A stretch of 64,000 nt of DNA from assembly GCA_048128005.1 (NCBI GenBank), contig JBEUKZ010000023.1, positions 248,001 through 312,000 of the forward strand. The letters run 5' to 3'. Made by a program: the position numbers and the translations under genes. The notes below the pieces were generated by a model. It saw nothing but the letters and a program-made list of their open reading frames with translations. It did no database searches and was not told the origin of the DNA. This stretch comes from Veleropilina oligotropha. Lineage: Eukaryota. This document shows positions 22,761-35,658 of this stretch, piece after piece. Within the stretch, counting starts at the first letter, position 1, and each line of letters opens with the position of its first letter.

Positions 22761-22972
22761 TATTATAAGCTACCCTAGTTTGTACACACGGTGACTTTTT
22801 GTAATACAATCCCTACCCCTGGGGTCTGAAATATAGCTGGGAGCCTTAATTTCCCTCGCCGCGCCCCTAGTCTAACTCCCTAGCCCTCCACAGTAATACC
22901 AGCTCAGTTCTGAAATGGTGCTGGGCGCTGTATTTTCCCATTCTAAAAAGTCTATTGACCCCCCCTGCTGCT
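22761..22972 (-). repeat. Right terminal inverted repeat of the virus
   Basis: Reverse complement of the left TIR; ends C7-TGCTGCT. Confidence 0.97.
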
Positions 22973-23372
22973 TATTGTCAAGTAGAAAGCTATCTTACTT
23001 GACGAGCAGAAACCAACACAACTGTGCTCCAACTAGGTCAATTGGAAATGAACTCGGTGCGAGGTAATTAAACGCGGACCGTGTTTTATTATTTTTAAAT
23101 ATTCAGTAGGGATTAATTTAAACGGTAGAAAATTACTGACGAAAGTTGAATATTCCTAACTTTTTATGTTATAAACAAAAAGTGTAATGCTGTTAGTTTT
23201 CTTTTTAAAAAAGAAAGAGCACATTTACCGGCAATAGTCTCTTTTTAAGTAAGTATTATGTTCCAATAAACTACATATTTTTAAATATACAATACTGATA
23301 TTTGTTATAATAATGCACACTTAGTACTTAGTATTAAATTTAAAATATCAGTAGCTGACCTCCCCCATGTTA

Positions 23373-25457
23373 AACTAGAACGTCAAAGCCGTGAAATGGC
23401 TCGCATGACTCATATATTTCTATAGTACTGTAGCCATCCCAGCTCTAAAACAACCAAAGTAATATAATGTTCTACGACGTTGGATTCACCATTATAACCC
23501 TTCGTATGCGACTCCCGTATATATGTGGGCCCATGCGCTTCCCTGTACGCGGCTCACATATAAGTATACAGTCAAAATATAGTGCCCTAAAAACTACATG
23601 CAGAGTCAAAATAAACTCCACACAGGAAAGGTTAAGAAACCAATATATTTTGACAAGCAGACTGCAAAAGTCTTAATACACATATTTTATTATTAAGTGG
23701 AAGCATAAATTTGTTGATTTATAGTAATGCATGGCTCTGTGATAATAGTGACCAAGATAAAATGTTAATCAGCAACATTGAATTATTGGAATCTTCAAAA
23801 CAAAATGGCCACCACGGCGGCCATCTTGAATCCAAAAACGACAAAAATCGTTAGGAGCTGTGTCCTCATCATAATGAACGTGCATACTGATTTGGAATCA
23901 AATCAGAATAGAACTCTTCACTGTAGAGTGGATAAAAGAATTTCTTCAAAACAAAATGGCCACCACGGCAGCCATCTTGAATCCAAAAACGACTAATATC
24001 GTTACACGGCGTGTCATCATAATGACTAACGTCCATACCGAATTTGAATGAGATCAGATAAGAACTTTCCTCTATAGAGCGCACACAAGAAAACTCTTCA
24101 AAACAAAATGCCCACCATGGCGGCCTTCTTTAATAAAAACGACGACAATCGTTAGGTGGCATGGCGTCATCTTAACTCATCAACATGCACACCGAATTTG
24201 AATCCAATGGGATTAGAAATTTTCATTGTCGAGTGCAAACAAGAAATCTATTCAAAACAAAATGTTTGCCAGGGCAGCCATCTTGAATCTGAAAATCGAT
24301 AGGTATCGTGGCCTCATCATACCAAAAGTGTATATCTAATTTGATTGAAATAGGATAAGAACTTTTTAATATAGAGCTCACAGAAGGTATACTTTCAAAA
24401 CAAAATGACCACCACGGCAGCCATCTTGAAACAAAATGACAAAAATCATTAGGAGGTGTATCCTCATCATAATGAACGTGCATACTGATTTTGAATCAAT
24501 CAGAATAGAACTCTTCACTGTAGAGCGGATACAAGAGATATATTCCAAATAAAATGGCCACCACAGCGGCCAACTTGAATCCGAAAACGACGAAAATCGT
24601 TAGGCTGCGTGCCCACATCATAACGAACGTGCATACCGAATTTGAATGAAATCAGAATAGAGCACACTGTAGAGCACACACAAGAAATTTCTTCAAAACA
24701 AAATGGCCACCACGGTGGCCATGTTGAATCCGAAATCGAAAAAATCGTTAGGCGGTGTCCTCATCATAATGAACATGCATACCGAATTTGAATCATATCT
24801 GGATAGAAGTCTTCACTGTAGAACAGACACAAGAAATTTCTTCAAAACAAAATGGCCACCATGGCAGCCGTATTGAACGCACAATCGACCAAAATCGTTA
24901 GACGGCATGTCCTCATCATAATGAACGTGCATACTGATTTTGAATCAAATCAGAATAGAACTCTTCACTGTACAACGGATACAAGAAATATCTTCGAAAC
25001 AAAATGGCCACCACGGCAGCCATCTTGAATCCAAAAACGAGTTAGTCGGCGTGTGCACATCATAACGAACGTGCATACCAAATTTGAATGAAATCGGAAT
25101 AGAACTCTTCACTGTAGAGCACACACACATGAAAACTAACTTGCATACCGAATTTGAATCAAATCGGTTTAGAACTTTTCACTGTAGAGCGGACACAAAA
25201 AACTTTAACCTAAAATTCACATAAACTTCTATGTCCAAAGAGACCATCATATTTTCATTAATTATATAAAATTGTATTAAATATCATTGCCAGAGCATCA
25301 GATGATATCCATATATAAAACCTATAACAAAGCATACATACACTAAAAAGTCCCGTGGAACACCCATATACACTCAACAAAAAACTTTAACCAAATTGTT
25401 GATGCCGGACGGTACAGAAATAATATGCCCTTTCGCCTTCGGCGCGGGCATTAAAAT
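23373..25457 (+). mobile_element. HINE-like element with an internal ~110-bp tandem array (relative at ~56330-57150)
   Basis: Repeated CAAAATGGCCACCACGGC..CATCTTGAATCC units, terminal GC hairpin. Confidence 0.7.
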
Positions 25458-26839
25458 TGCGACGTAGACATGACTGTGTTAAAATTTTATTTGACAAGTT
25501 ACAGTATACCACATGCCATGCACTATGTACATACGCACACATACTATTATGTTAATCAAATTCAACGGAAAAGTTTGACCAAAACTTTAACAAAATATTT
25601 TTTAAATTCAGAACTAGCATTTTGAAGTATAATTAGATTTAAATTACATTCAATATTAGTGTTATAGTGTCGTGTAGCATTGGAGAAGAATAAAAATGAT
25701 GATAAAGAGTGCACATGTTTGCCTATATTGAAAAGCATTATTTAAAACTTTAACATTCAATATTTCTAAGTCCAAAAGCAGCAATTTGAAGTAAAATTTT
25801 ATTTAAATTACATTCAATATTACTGTTATAGTGTTGTGCAACATGGTAATAGACATATGTCAATAATAAAAAGAGAGCACATGGTTGCCTATATAGCATG
25901 ATTGAAAAACTTTAACATTCACAGCGGAGAGCCAGACAGACAGACGGACGGACATCATCATTACATAGGCCTGCATCTGATTTGCATGCAAGTCATACAT
26001 AGAAAGCATGAAGAGAGTGTAACATTGATAAAAAAACTACAACATTTAACTTTATAAAATTTCCCAAGTTAAAATCTCAAATAATTTCTATTTTTGAGAT
26101 AAAATAGATTTAATTTACCTTACATAATACTGCTCTGGTGGCATGGGATATTGAAATAAACATATCTAATGTTCAATGATGCTAAAAAGTTTCAATGTCA
26201 GGTATTATATAGCATCATTGAAAAACTTTAACAAAATAATTTCTATGTCCAGAAGTATCACTTTTGAAGTAAAATTTAATTTAAATTACATTCCATATTA
26301 CTGTCATAGTGTAGGGCAATATTGCAGTAGACATTATGTCAAATAATACGATGATAAAGAGTGCACATGTTTGCCTATATATAGTATTATTGAAAAACTT
26401 GAACATTTAAAATGTCTCAAGTCCAAAAGCAGCATTTTGAAGGAAAATTGTATTTAAATTACATTCAATATTAATAGTGTAGTGTTCTGCAACATGGGAA
26501 TAGACATATCTACAATACAATTATGATAAAGAGAGCACAGGATTGCCTATATAGCATAATTGAAAAACTTTAACATTCACTGCGGACGGCCGGACAGACG
26601 GCCGGACGTATCTCATCATTACATAGGCTCGCATCTGCGTTGCATGCGAGCCAAAAATGACAGCCTTTCCCAGAAAGGACAGAGTCAGTTATGAGATGGC
26701 TGTTTTACACATAGATCACTGATAACAAAATTAGGGTCGCAAGCAAATTTTAATTAGGGTAGGGCAACAAGAACCATTTTTTTTAAATCACTGATAAAAA
26801 GATTAGGATTGGCAAGAAATTTTAGGTAGGGTAGGGTAG

Positions 26840-27680
26840 CATGGTTCGTACAAAAATAGCCACAGGAAATTCAAGGACTATTCAAGGACTTCACAAAAAA
26901 TTTTCAAGGACTATTTTTTCAATGCAAATCAATATATAATGTATGTGATATATGCAACTTGGAACAGTGATAATTATAAGTACATGAATAAAAGGCACAT
27001 TATTCAACTTCGTGTTAAACTTGAATTAAAAATGATTATAATAATTTTAGGTGCGACTTCAGTGCACGTTCGCACATTTTAGCAATGTCGATCGTTTTGT
27101 TGCACAACGCGCTCATGGCTTTATGTTTGTCAGTTTTTACTTCCCGTATCCACGATGCATATTCCACCTGCGAAAGCCAATTTCTATTAAAAACGCATAT
27201 CCTGCCATATCCGCTGTAAATTGTTGATTAAAATTATATTATTTACACGTTATTGACAAAATTTCCTTCATATTTCGCGAATAAAATCTAATAAACACAT
27301 TGTCGGTCAAGGGAGACAACTTTTATTGTCTTCAATGTCCGACTGTTTTCGCCATAATCTGCTAGTTCCGAGACTCAACGGAAATCAACGAGTTAGTGTT
27401 AAACTTGACATTCACAAAAATCTGTCCGAATGCAAATCTGTCCTGATAAATGGTGACCGACTTCACCGCGAACGAAAACAGACGCAAGAACCATAAAGTT
27501 AATAAATATAACCAAGATACAGGAACGCCAAAATATTAAAATAGTTACTATGATGATATTCAAGGACTATTCAAGACTGTTTGGTCATATTCAAGGACTT
27601 TTCAAGGTTATTTTCAAATTCAAGCACTTTTCATTATAGACGGTCAAATTCAAGTACTTTTCAAGGTTGTGCGAACCATG
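26840..27680. mobile_element. hAT-like MITE with TTCAAGGAC subterminal repeats
   Basis: TIR CATGGTTCG.ACAA / TTGTGCGAACCATG; GGTAG duplicated at 26835-26839 and 27681-27685. Confidence 0.75.
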
Positions 27681-28821
27681 GGTAGGGTAACAGGAACCAA
27701 GTCATTTTTTTTGTTGGCCTTATCGAGTGCGTGAATACACGACATTATGACGTAGATTACCCACTGAAGACGACATAATGGCGGAGCCAGGCCAGAAAGG
27801 GAGGAATTGTATAATCGTTTTTTCTTCGAAATGACAAAATATTTATCTTAATTTTTCAGGCAATAAACGTTAAAGTAATATTAGATCCAATACAAAAGTT
27901 TGTATAATTGGGTTGGTTATCACTTTAAGGCACATAATGTGTTTACATTGAAGTGACGTCTGCCTGCGCAGAATTAGCTGGCGCACAGAATTAGCCGAAA
28001 GGATGGATATACCGGTACCCCTTACTATTAATATTATGGACAAATTGTGTTGCTGCAAAGTAACAGTTACATTAATTGTTTTACGTAAATAAATTTAAAT
28101 GCAATTGGCAAGTGTATGGATGTTCAATGGCAGTCACTTACACAATGGACAAATTGCTTTTACAAGTAATAACTTACATGAATAAATTTACCTTCACCTT
28201 TTTTATATTAATTAATTAAATATAAGACTAGTAAGGGTCTTGATTTTGTTTGTCATTAAATGGGGTCAAAGAAATAAAGGAAAGGCTTCTTTTACCGAGG
28301 TTAATTTTGCGATACATTCCAGTTATAACAGAAAACATCTTAAACGAGAATTCCAAGAATCTCTGCACAAGTCTTTCTCTTACCTGTCTTGAATCTGCAT
28401 TTCCAAGGAAAAACATGAAAATAGAAAACACGTGTGTTAGCTTACATCAAATACTATTAATTCAGATATTGAGAACATCCAAATTTGTACAAATTCGAAC
28501 ACTAACCTTGCATTTTAACACTTCAAATCTTTGTCAACAGTTGTTCTTCGTTGTGCCGCCAAATTATGTCACTTCCGGACACCGAGCTACATCAAAGGGA
28601 GACAACTGTGATCGCCCTATCGCTGAAATTTCCCATCTGCGGGATGCGTTCTTATTTTACCGATCAAACAGTAGGCTGGCATTTTTTATAAAACATACAT
28701 GTGTAAATAACAATAAAACGGCCTCGTGGCTGATTTATTATTGAAATAAGTAAGATTCCATCATTAAATTTGGTCCTCTCGATTTTAAACGTTAACTTTT
28801 CTGTTTATCAACAATAAAAAC

Positions 28822-30051
28822 ATGGCAGCCTCCATTGATTTGATTGCTGACGTTCGGACACCATTTGAAGAAAGTCCAGTTTTAGAACCACTAACATTAA
28901 ATTATCATGATTTTAGTAGCGAGGCCATGGACAACACCAATTGTACATGTATATTCTGTGATGAGACATTTAATAACGTTGCTGAAAAACTTGGTGAAAA
29001 TGAATTCTTGAAGCATCTTTTGATTTGTCATCGATTTGTAATCGCCGACACAAACTTGATTAGCGATTTAAGTGTTTATGCACAGTATTGGAAGAAAAGG
29101 TTCCAGGAGCAACCCATTACAGATTTTTGTACTGTTATCAATACGAACACTGATAAAAATGACACTGCTCCAAAAGAACAATATTATTTTCTGTGTGATG
29201 TTTTACCAGAAGACAAAGAAATTCGTCAAAAACTTCAAAAATCAAAGTTAGAAAATATTTTAAAGCGTCAGCAGGCAGAGAGGGAAGATTCGTTATTTTC
29301 TCAAGATTGTTTATTTTGTGCATTTCATCTCGAAGGAAATAGAGCGGATTTGTTTAATCACATGACAACCGAACATGGGTTTAATATTGGTCATTCCGAC
29401 AATGTAGTTTTTGTGGGGGAATTTCTTGAGAAATTGAAAGAAAAGTTGGATAATTTACAGTGCTTGTATTGCGAAAAGACTTTCAAAGATCGACCCACAC
29501 TCAAGGAACACATGAGAAAGAAACTTCATAGAAAAATCAACCCCAAGAACAAAAGTTACGATAAATATTATGTCATAAATTACTTAGAACTTGGTAAAAA
29601 TTGGGAAAATATAGAGGCGGAAGAAGCTCAGGAAGATACAACAGCGGTTGATGACAGTTGGGATGACTGGACCGACGAAGCCGGCGCACAAGCAATGTGT
29701 CTGTTCTGCGAATTTTCCTCATGCTCAGATGAAAAACTGAAAAGTCACATGTTAGAACTGCATGATTTTGATCTTCACAGAATACAAAAAACCCAGACAT
29801 TTTATCAACAAGTCAAGATTATTAACTACATTCGTAGACAAATACATCAGTGCGTTTGCATTGAATGCAAAGAGAGGTTTCAAAACAAAACTTTATTACT
29901 TGATCATATGCACGAAAAGTCGCATACAAATTGTATCCCCAGCCAAACGGACTGGGATCAACCTCAATATTTCTTTCCGACGTACGAAAATGATAACCTT
30001 TTGTTTTTGTTGAATGATGACGATGATGATGATGACGAAGAGTTTCCATGA
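28822..30051 (+). CDS. ZNF277: Zinc finger protein 277 homolog, single exon
   Basis: Spaced C2H2 fingers; conserved LQCLYCEKTFKD..LKEHMRKK.H..INP.N..YD.YY.INYLE and FPTYEND.LL; Kozak-like AAACATGG; AATAAA at ~30356-30369. Confidence 0.92.
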   Translation: MAASIDLIADVRTPFEESPVLEPLTLNYHDFSSEAMDNTNCTCIFCDETFNNVAEKLGENEFLKHLLICHRFVIADTNLISDLSVYAQYWKKRFQEQPITDFCTVINTNTDKNDTAPKEQYYFLCDVLPEDKEIRQKLQKSKLENILKRQQAEREDSLFSQDCLFCAFHLEGNRADLFNHMTTEHGFNIGHSDNVVFVGEFLEKLKEKLDNLQCLYCEKTFKDRPTLKEHMRKKLHRKINPKNKSYDKYYVINYLELGKNWENIEAEEAQEDTTAVDDSWDDWTDEAGAQAMCLFCEFSSCSDEKLKSHMLELHDFDLHRIQKTQTFYQQVKIINYIRRQIHQCVCIECKERFQNKTLLLDHMHEKSHTNCIPSQTDWDQPQYFFPTYENDNLLFLLNDDDDDDDEEFP

Positions 30052-30834
30052 AAATTGACGACAGAAGAGACAGCTTTGCTGCAAAAAGAGACGCCTCTGG
30101 GCAGAAATTATATATATATATATATGTCATGCATTCTAGTATTTCATTTTACAGAGTAGTATATTTTCAACTGTAATGTTTTGATGATGAAGATTATTAT
30201 TAATGACTACACAAAGGGTTTTGTTGTAGAAATCGTTGATTTCCGCATTTAAATCATGAGTGTCTTTTACTTCGGGCTTCTCCAATTATAGAAACGGAGT
30301 GATGTAACAAGTCACACCATTAAAAAATGTAGTCTAATATAAACTATATGATTGTAATAAAATAATAAATTCATTATTTTATAATAGTAGTAATGTTTGA
30401 AATTAGTTTCTCATGGTAAGTAGTTTCAGTAACCATATGGTTTTGGTTGCAGACTTCCTTCACTGGCTTGACTGTGGTGTCAAACAGGTGTTCGAGCCTC
30501 GGTTTGGCAATGTCGTTCCTCGTTCAGTTACCAGTCACAGTTGTACATAACTGTCTGGAGATGGCAGGTTTTCCCAGGCAACCGAACTTTCATCCCATGA
30601 CATTTAGCATCGATCCAATTCATTCATGGTGTGAGGGTAATTATTATTCATATTAAAATAAAGATAAATTTGTTGTAGTCTTCGTCTTAGTTGTTCTGTA
30701 ATACATATTTTGCCATTTAACCATCATAATTTAACGTGTGTTCAATTTAGAAGGAAATTGAACCTGGTGAGCAGACGCCGAGAAACGGCCAGCCAGACAG
30801 TTCTTAACGTTCCATTTTAATAATATCATATTAT

Positions 30835-32174
30835 TAGGCTGTGTTAAATTAATGCCTTGTTTCTCGTCCCTTGCTTCTGGTAAACCAAAGCGGTCAACAC
30901 AACACAACTGCCATTTTCCACACAACATTTTGATCTAGGATATTCTGACCATGGGCTTACGTACGTGCATATTTACAATGAATACCCTTATATTTTCTAT
31001 TTCTTTATGGCAGATGAAGGATTAATTTGTTTAGTGACCACATCAACAAATTTCAGCAATAAACCTTGTCCATCATCTTTGAATGGTTAGTAATGAAGAT
31101 GCCAGAGATTGTTAGTTTTAACTTGCAAATAGAGTCATTTGTTAGCTCGACTATTCTAAAATAGTACGAGCTATTGCAGTCACCCTGTCGTCGGCGTCGG
31201 CGTTGGCATCAAACTTCAGGTTAACATTTTGCATGAAGGGTCTTTTCTCACAAATTTTTCACACTACACCTTTCAAACTTCATACACTTGTTCAACGTCA
31301 TTATGCGACCTTACATTACAGGCGTAATAAATCTGGCTTCGTTATTTTACCAAATTATTCCCCCTTTTCGACTTAGACAAGTCAGGTTAATGTTTTGCAT
31401 GGTTTTTTCTCACAATTTTTTCACACTACACCTTTCAAACTTCATACACTTGTTCAACGTCATTATGCGACCTTACATTACAGGCGTAATAAATCTGGCT
31501 TCGTTATTTTACCAAATTATTCCCCTTTTTCGACTTAGACAAGTCAGGTTAATGTTTTGCATGAAGGGTCTTTTCTCACAAAGTCAACTTCAGGTTAACA
31601 TTTTGCATGAAGGGCCTTTTCTCACCAAGTGTTCACACTACAGCCTTGAAACTTCATACGCTTGTCACATCATTATGCGAACTTGCAATACAAGGGTCAT
31701 AACTCTAGCTTCATTTTTACCAAATTATTTCCATTCATCGATCCAGCTTTTGATAGTCGAGCATGCTGTCCTTCTGACAGCTCTTGTTTTATTAATAGTT
31801 ACAAGTGTAATGTATTAAGCTGGCACAGAGAGACGGTGTTTCAAACACAAATGTCTTTCATGTTGATTCAAATACAATAAAAATTTATGTGCAAACAGTA
31901 ATGACTGCAAGGAGGCATTAAACAAAGAACAGTGGTAACAGGTGAACACAGAACAGACTATAAATTTACAATACCTGTATATTTCATAACTGCTGTATAT
32001 TTCATAAGTTAACTGCTGTATATTAAACTAAAAGTATAAAAAAACTTGGGGATGAAAACTACAGACAGCGAAATTTTGCATCACGTGAAATACTGTCTGC
32101 AAAAAATTAAAAAAAATGGCGTGGGTAAACCAAAGAGCGCACGGGACAAGAAACGAGGTATCAATTTAACACAG
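30835..32174 (+). mobile_element. TA-flanked MITE family (other copies at 1-481 and ~42251-42830), here interrupted by a HINE-like element at ~31142-31790
   Basis: TIR TAGGCTGTGTTAAATT / AATTTAACACAG(CCTA); high identity between copies. Confidence 0.75.
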
Positions 32175-34871
32175 GAGGAACGCTTTTTCACAATGTAAAA
32201 CATGTTCGCTATACCCAACTTTGATTGTCAACTGCACAGGGTCTCCAGTCAAGAATTCTAACCCAAACATGACATTCACAGCAGTCAGGCTTGTGGATAG
32301 GGAACAAGCTGATATCTATAATTGCACGAACAGAGCAGTACAGACATACAAGCCGCCTCAAGTGCTCTACCCTACGCCTACCCATTATAAATTATGCTGA
32401 TGAATGAATGGCATTGTTTGTTCTACGACCATTTTAACAATTCTTCAGTCGTATCAAGACTCCTTGGCTGGGCAATTAACAGGTACGTCTAGTTGACCAT
32501 TGCGAGAATGTTATCAACGGGAGAAAGAGAGATTCTCCTGTGATAATATGGATATATCCTGGTTAGACCAACAATTTTTAACTAGAAAAGGAAAGGATTG
32601 ATGCTTAATGTCTTGTATATTTCCAACCATCATCTGGTTTAAAGCAGGACATGTCCATATTATTGCGAAAGGAAACCCGCCCTCTCCCACCTGTTACGGA
32701 CAACTGCGATTCATAACTTGAGCAAATGTGTGTGATGTCCCTGCCGAGGTTTGAACCCACTACTGTACTCGTCAGCAGAATCAAGCCAGTGATTTTTCGT
32801 AGTCCACAACCAAAACCACACGATTGTCGAAGCGGCCTCTTATTAGAAGGCATCGATACCAATTTATGTAATGAGTTTACATGGCTTCATTTTGCTAAAA
32901 TGTGTACATATCACTATGCCGTAATGTCGCCTTCACTCCACTGCTGATTCTTCATACCAGTATGGCAATTTTGTGAGATTGTAGTTAGTTTCATACGAAA
33001 GAACGATATGTGATAATAGAACCTCACAATCGTGGTAGGGTTATATCACATTTATGAAACTATTAGTTTCATAAATGTGATATTACACTACCACTCATAC
33101 GAGGGTTTACAGTATGCCTTATAGCTGTAATTACAGCATTTTCATAATTGTTGTCGACTGCTGCCGCCATGTTATTTAAACTGGTATAGGAATTATATTA
33201 TGTGTTCGGTTCAGTCGCATATTCTATCTCCCAGAACACATATTCCCAATCAGGAATAGAGTGAATGGGATAGACCTATAATCAATAGTGCCCGGTTTTA
33301 TGAGCAAGATGTAGGTTAGTCCAGGACTAGCTTACGATTTTCCAAGACTAAAACGAGAGGCCATGTATTTTAGCAAGAACTAGCCTAGCCCGCTTTCCAA
33401 AATGCAATCAATGCTCTAGTCTTTGAGGAACGGTAATATATAATATAAACAAGAAGTGTGGAAGCCACACATTATCCCATCGGCTTTATCAGGTTAAAAG
33501 GAATCAAGTTTAGGACACAATAAACCTGTCCATCAAGTTTGAAAATCCTTTAACGTTCGGCTTTCCTTGTAAAAGTACATATCAAATTCATTAGGCATCT
33601 AGCTAATGGTCCATTAAATCTGTATATTAAACTTGAACTCCCTACTTGTACGGTTTTTCTTAAATCCTGTTCACATCATCAATGATCTATATGGAAGGAC
33701 AAACCAACTGATCGAAGTAACCACTCAACCATCAAGGCCGTTATACAATCACCAATAACAAGTTGAAATGCTTAATAATAACCTTTGACAAAACAAGTAA
33801 CAATATATGTACAATAAATGCTCTTTAATAACCATTCTCATGATCAATAAATATATGTTTCCATAACAACGCTTCCATGCGAAGTTTCCGCAATAAACAT
33901 GCAAATACCATCTCCGGAACTGTTCGGCAAGCCTCCGCATTTGCTGTTAGACGTATCGCACGATTCATGCATAAAAGCAACAATACTCAATAACAGTAAA
34001 ATGTACATGACTAAAATCTAATTGAATTAATCCACGATTCGTACACAAACACTATTATATAATATGCATAAAATTTGATATGACTTTGTGGAAAAATAAA
34101 ATTTGTGCATTTCATACAGTATTTCGATATAATGAATCCCAAGAGCCATATACAAAAGTATTTACAAATTCGACATAACAAAATAGTGAAGCAATTAAAT
34201 AAATAATATGACAAAAATGTATATATCTAGGATGTGAATCTTCTACTAGGCAAATTGTAATACAGAAAAACAGTACACTAATTGATGCATTAAATTGCAA
34301 TTCTGAGTCTATATGCAAATGGTAATTGACATCACAAAACAGTGACTATATAATACAAATAAATAGATCTGGTGTATATATGCATATTTAAAATTACACG
34401 AAACATTAGACAAAATTGATCAATATTTCAAGCACATCTAAAGATAACCTTTCACAGCACTTGCATACAATAGCCCGTTAGAAAACGGATTCATCTCCCG
34501 CCTTTCGCAATCACTCTGATATAAACTTTAACCAAAATTTCTATGTCCCAACACATTCTTCAATATTTATACAAAATAATATTCAATATCATTGCTAGAG
34601 TAAAAGGTGGTATCAATAAAAGCATCACCAAAGAATATGTATGCTATAATGGAAATTCACTCAACTTTAACAAAAATTTATGTCCACAAACACTAATTTC
34701 ACATGTTACTTATATTATAAATCACTTGCAGATGAGGGAGCAGCATCAATATAGTTAACACTACAGTATATGGATGTAAAACAGTGCCTAGAACAACCCA
34801 TATGCAATAATTATATCAAATTTAATTCAGCATCACTTCCATAGTATCAGTTGACATTCATATATAGTTAC

Positions 34872-35077
34872 AAACATACTTACGTCCTTACTCTTGCCAT
34901 AATAGTATATTATCGCCCAAACCGGAAATGGTGAATATGTCCCATAATGCACCGTTATAAGCCAAAAAAGCACACGGTTACCTCCCCTGCTCCTACCCCC
35001 CACGTTCCCTAGCGAGACTTCGCCAAGTCTCGTGAGACTTCTGAACAATAGAAGTCACATGACATCAATTCAAAGTT
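34872..35077 (+). repeat. DIRS left inverted terminal repeat (206 bp)
   Basis: Reverse complement of 41877-42082. Confidence 0.95.
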
Positions 35078-35658
35078 TTCCGCTGCCGCGGAAAGACGTT
35101 GTTTTTGCTCCGCAAATATTTCGATATAGGCGCCCGATTTCACGTTAAATCAGGGCGCAGTTTCTACTTATATAGTATATAAGTAGTGGAATATAACAGT
35201 GTTGTGGATATAAAACACATGTGAATATAAGAAGAGTGATTCTCAAAACTTTATTATATATAAAATTTTCTAGCGTTGTTAAAAGGCAGGATCTTTTGAT
35301 ATTAAGCTTGCGTTAATTTTCTGATATCCTGCCGTTGCTGGGATAATACGCCATTGTACTAACTTAAAACATCCACGAGGTTTTCAGGTGTTTTTCTGGG
35401 CGGGTTTTTTCGAGGAAAGAACCCCCCTTTGTTTTAGTCAATTTGCCGGGTTACCGGGTCGGTCGGGTAAAATACCCGACCTCGGTGTTCCCAGTTCGGG
35501 GTTCTAATAACGGTATATCGCTTGATCTCTAATCTTCAGATCAGGACAATTCTGTGAGTTGTCGTAGTACTCCCTCCAAGGAAAGAAGTCTCAACTACCA
35601 TATATATACCTATTTATCTACCCCGTCTACCCACGTCCACCCTCCCGTGTATTTAGCT

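Larger units (their letters stand above)
7518..22972. mobile_element. Endogenous Polinton-like/adintovirus-like DNA virus, apparently full length (15,455 bp)
   Basis: TIRs at both ends, 5'-AG...CT-3' termini, TATTG duplicated at 7513-7517 and 22973-22977, densely packed intronless ORFs for integrase, ATPase, capsids and PolB-helicase, sharp GC rise relative to the flanks. Confidence 0.95.
7348..23248. mobile_element. TTAA-flanked (Kolobok-like) MITE that received the virus; partial relative at 58140-59326
   Basis: TIR AGAGACGATTGCCCGTTAATGCGCTCTTT / AAAGAGCACATTTACCGGCAATAGTCTCT. Confidence 0.78.
6584..27719. mobile_element. PIF/Harbinger-like MITE expanded by nested insertions
   Basis: TIR GGCCAAACAAAAAA / TTTTTTGTTGGCC; TTA duplicated at 6581-6583 and 27720-27722. 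Confidence 0.75.
6160..27926. mobile_element. Long-TIR MITE (Kolobok-like ends) split at 6583/27720 by nested insertions; uninterrupted relative at ~52591-53240
   Basis: TIR AAAGTAATAGCCAACCC / GGGTTGGTTATCACTTT; joining the two halves reproduces the reverse complement of the 52.6-53.2 kb copy. Confidence 0.8.

Noticed and set aside
7518..22972. Contamination or misassembly; also a plain canonical Maverick call
   Set aside because: TSD and the cleanly split host MITE show true integration; the replicase architecture and lack of adenain differ from canonical Mavericks
28250..28744. 164-aa ORF upstream of ZNF277
   Set aside because: Non-ATG start, no recognisable domain; probably promoter/UTR sequence
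31288..31818. 176-aa ORF with an internal repeat
   Set aside because: Translation of tandem units within a HINE-like element
34833..35048. Duplicated ORF MFRSLTRLGE... (also at 41906)
   Set aside because: Lies in the DIRS inverted terminal repeats; non-ATG start, no coding signal
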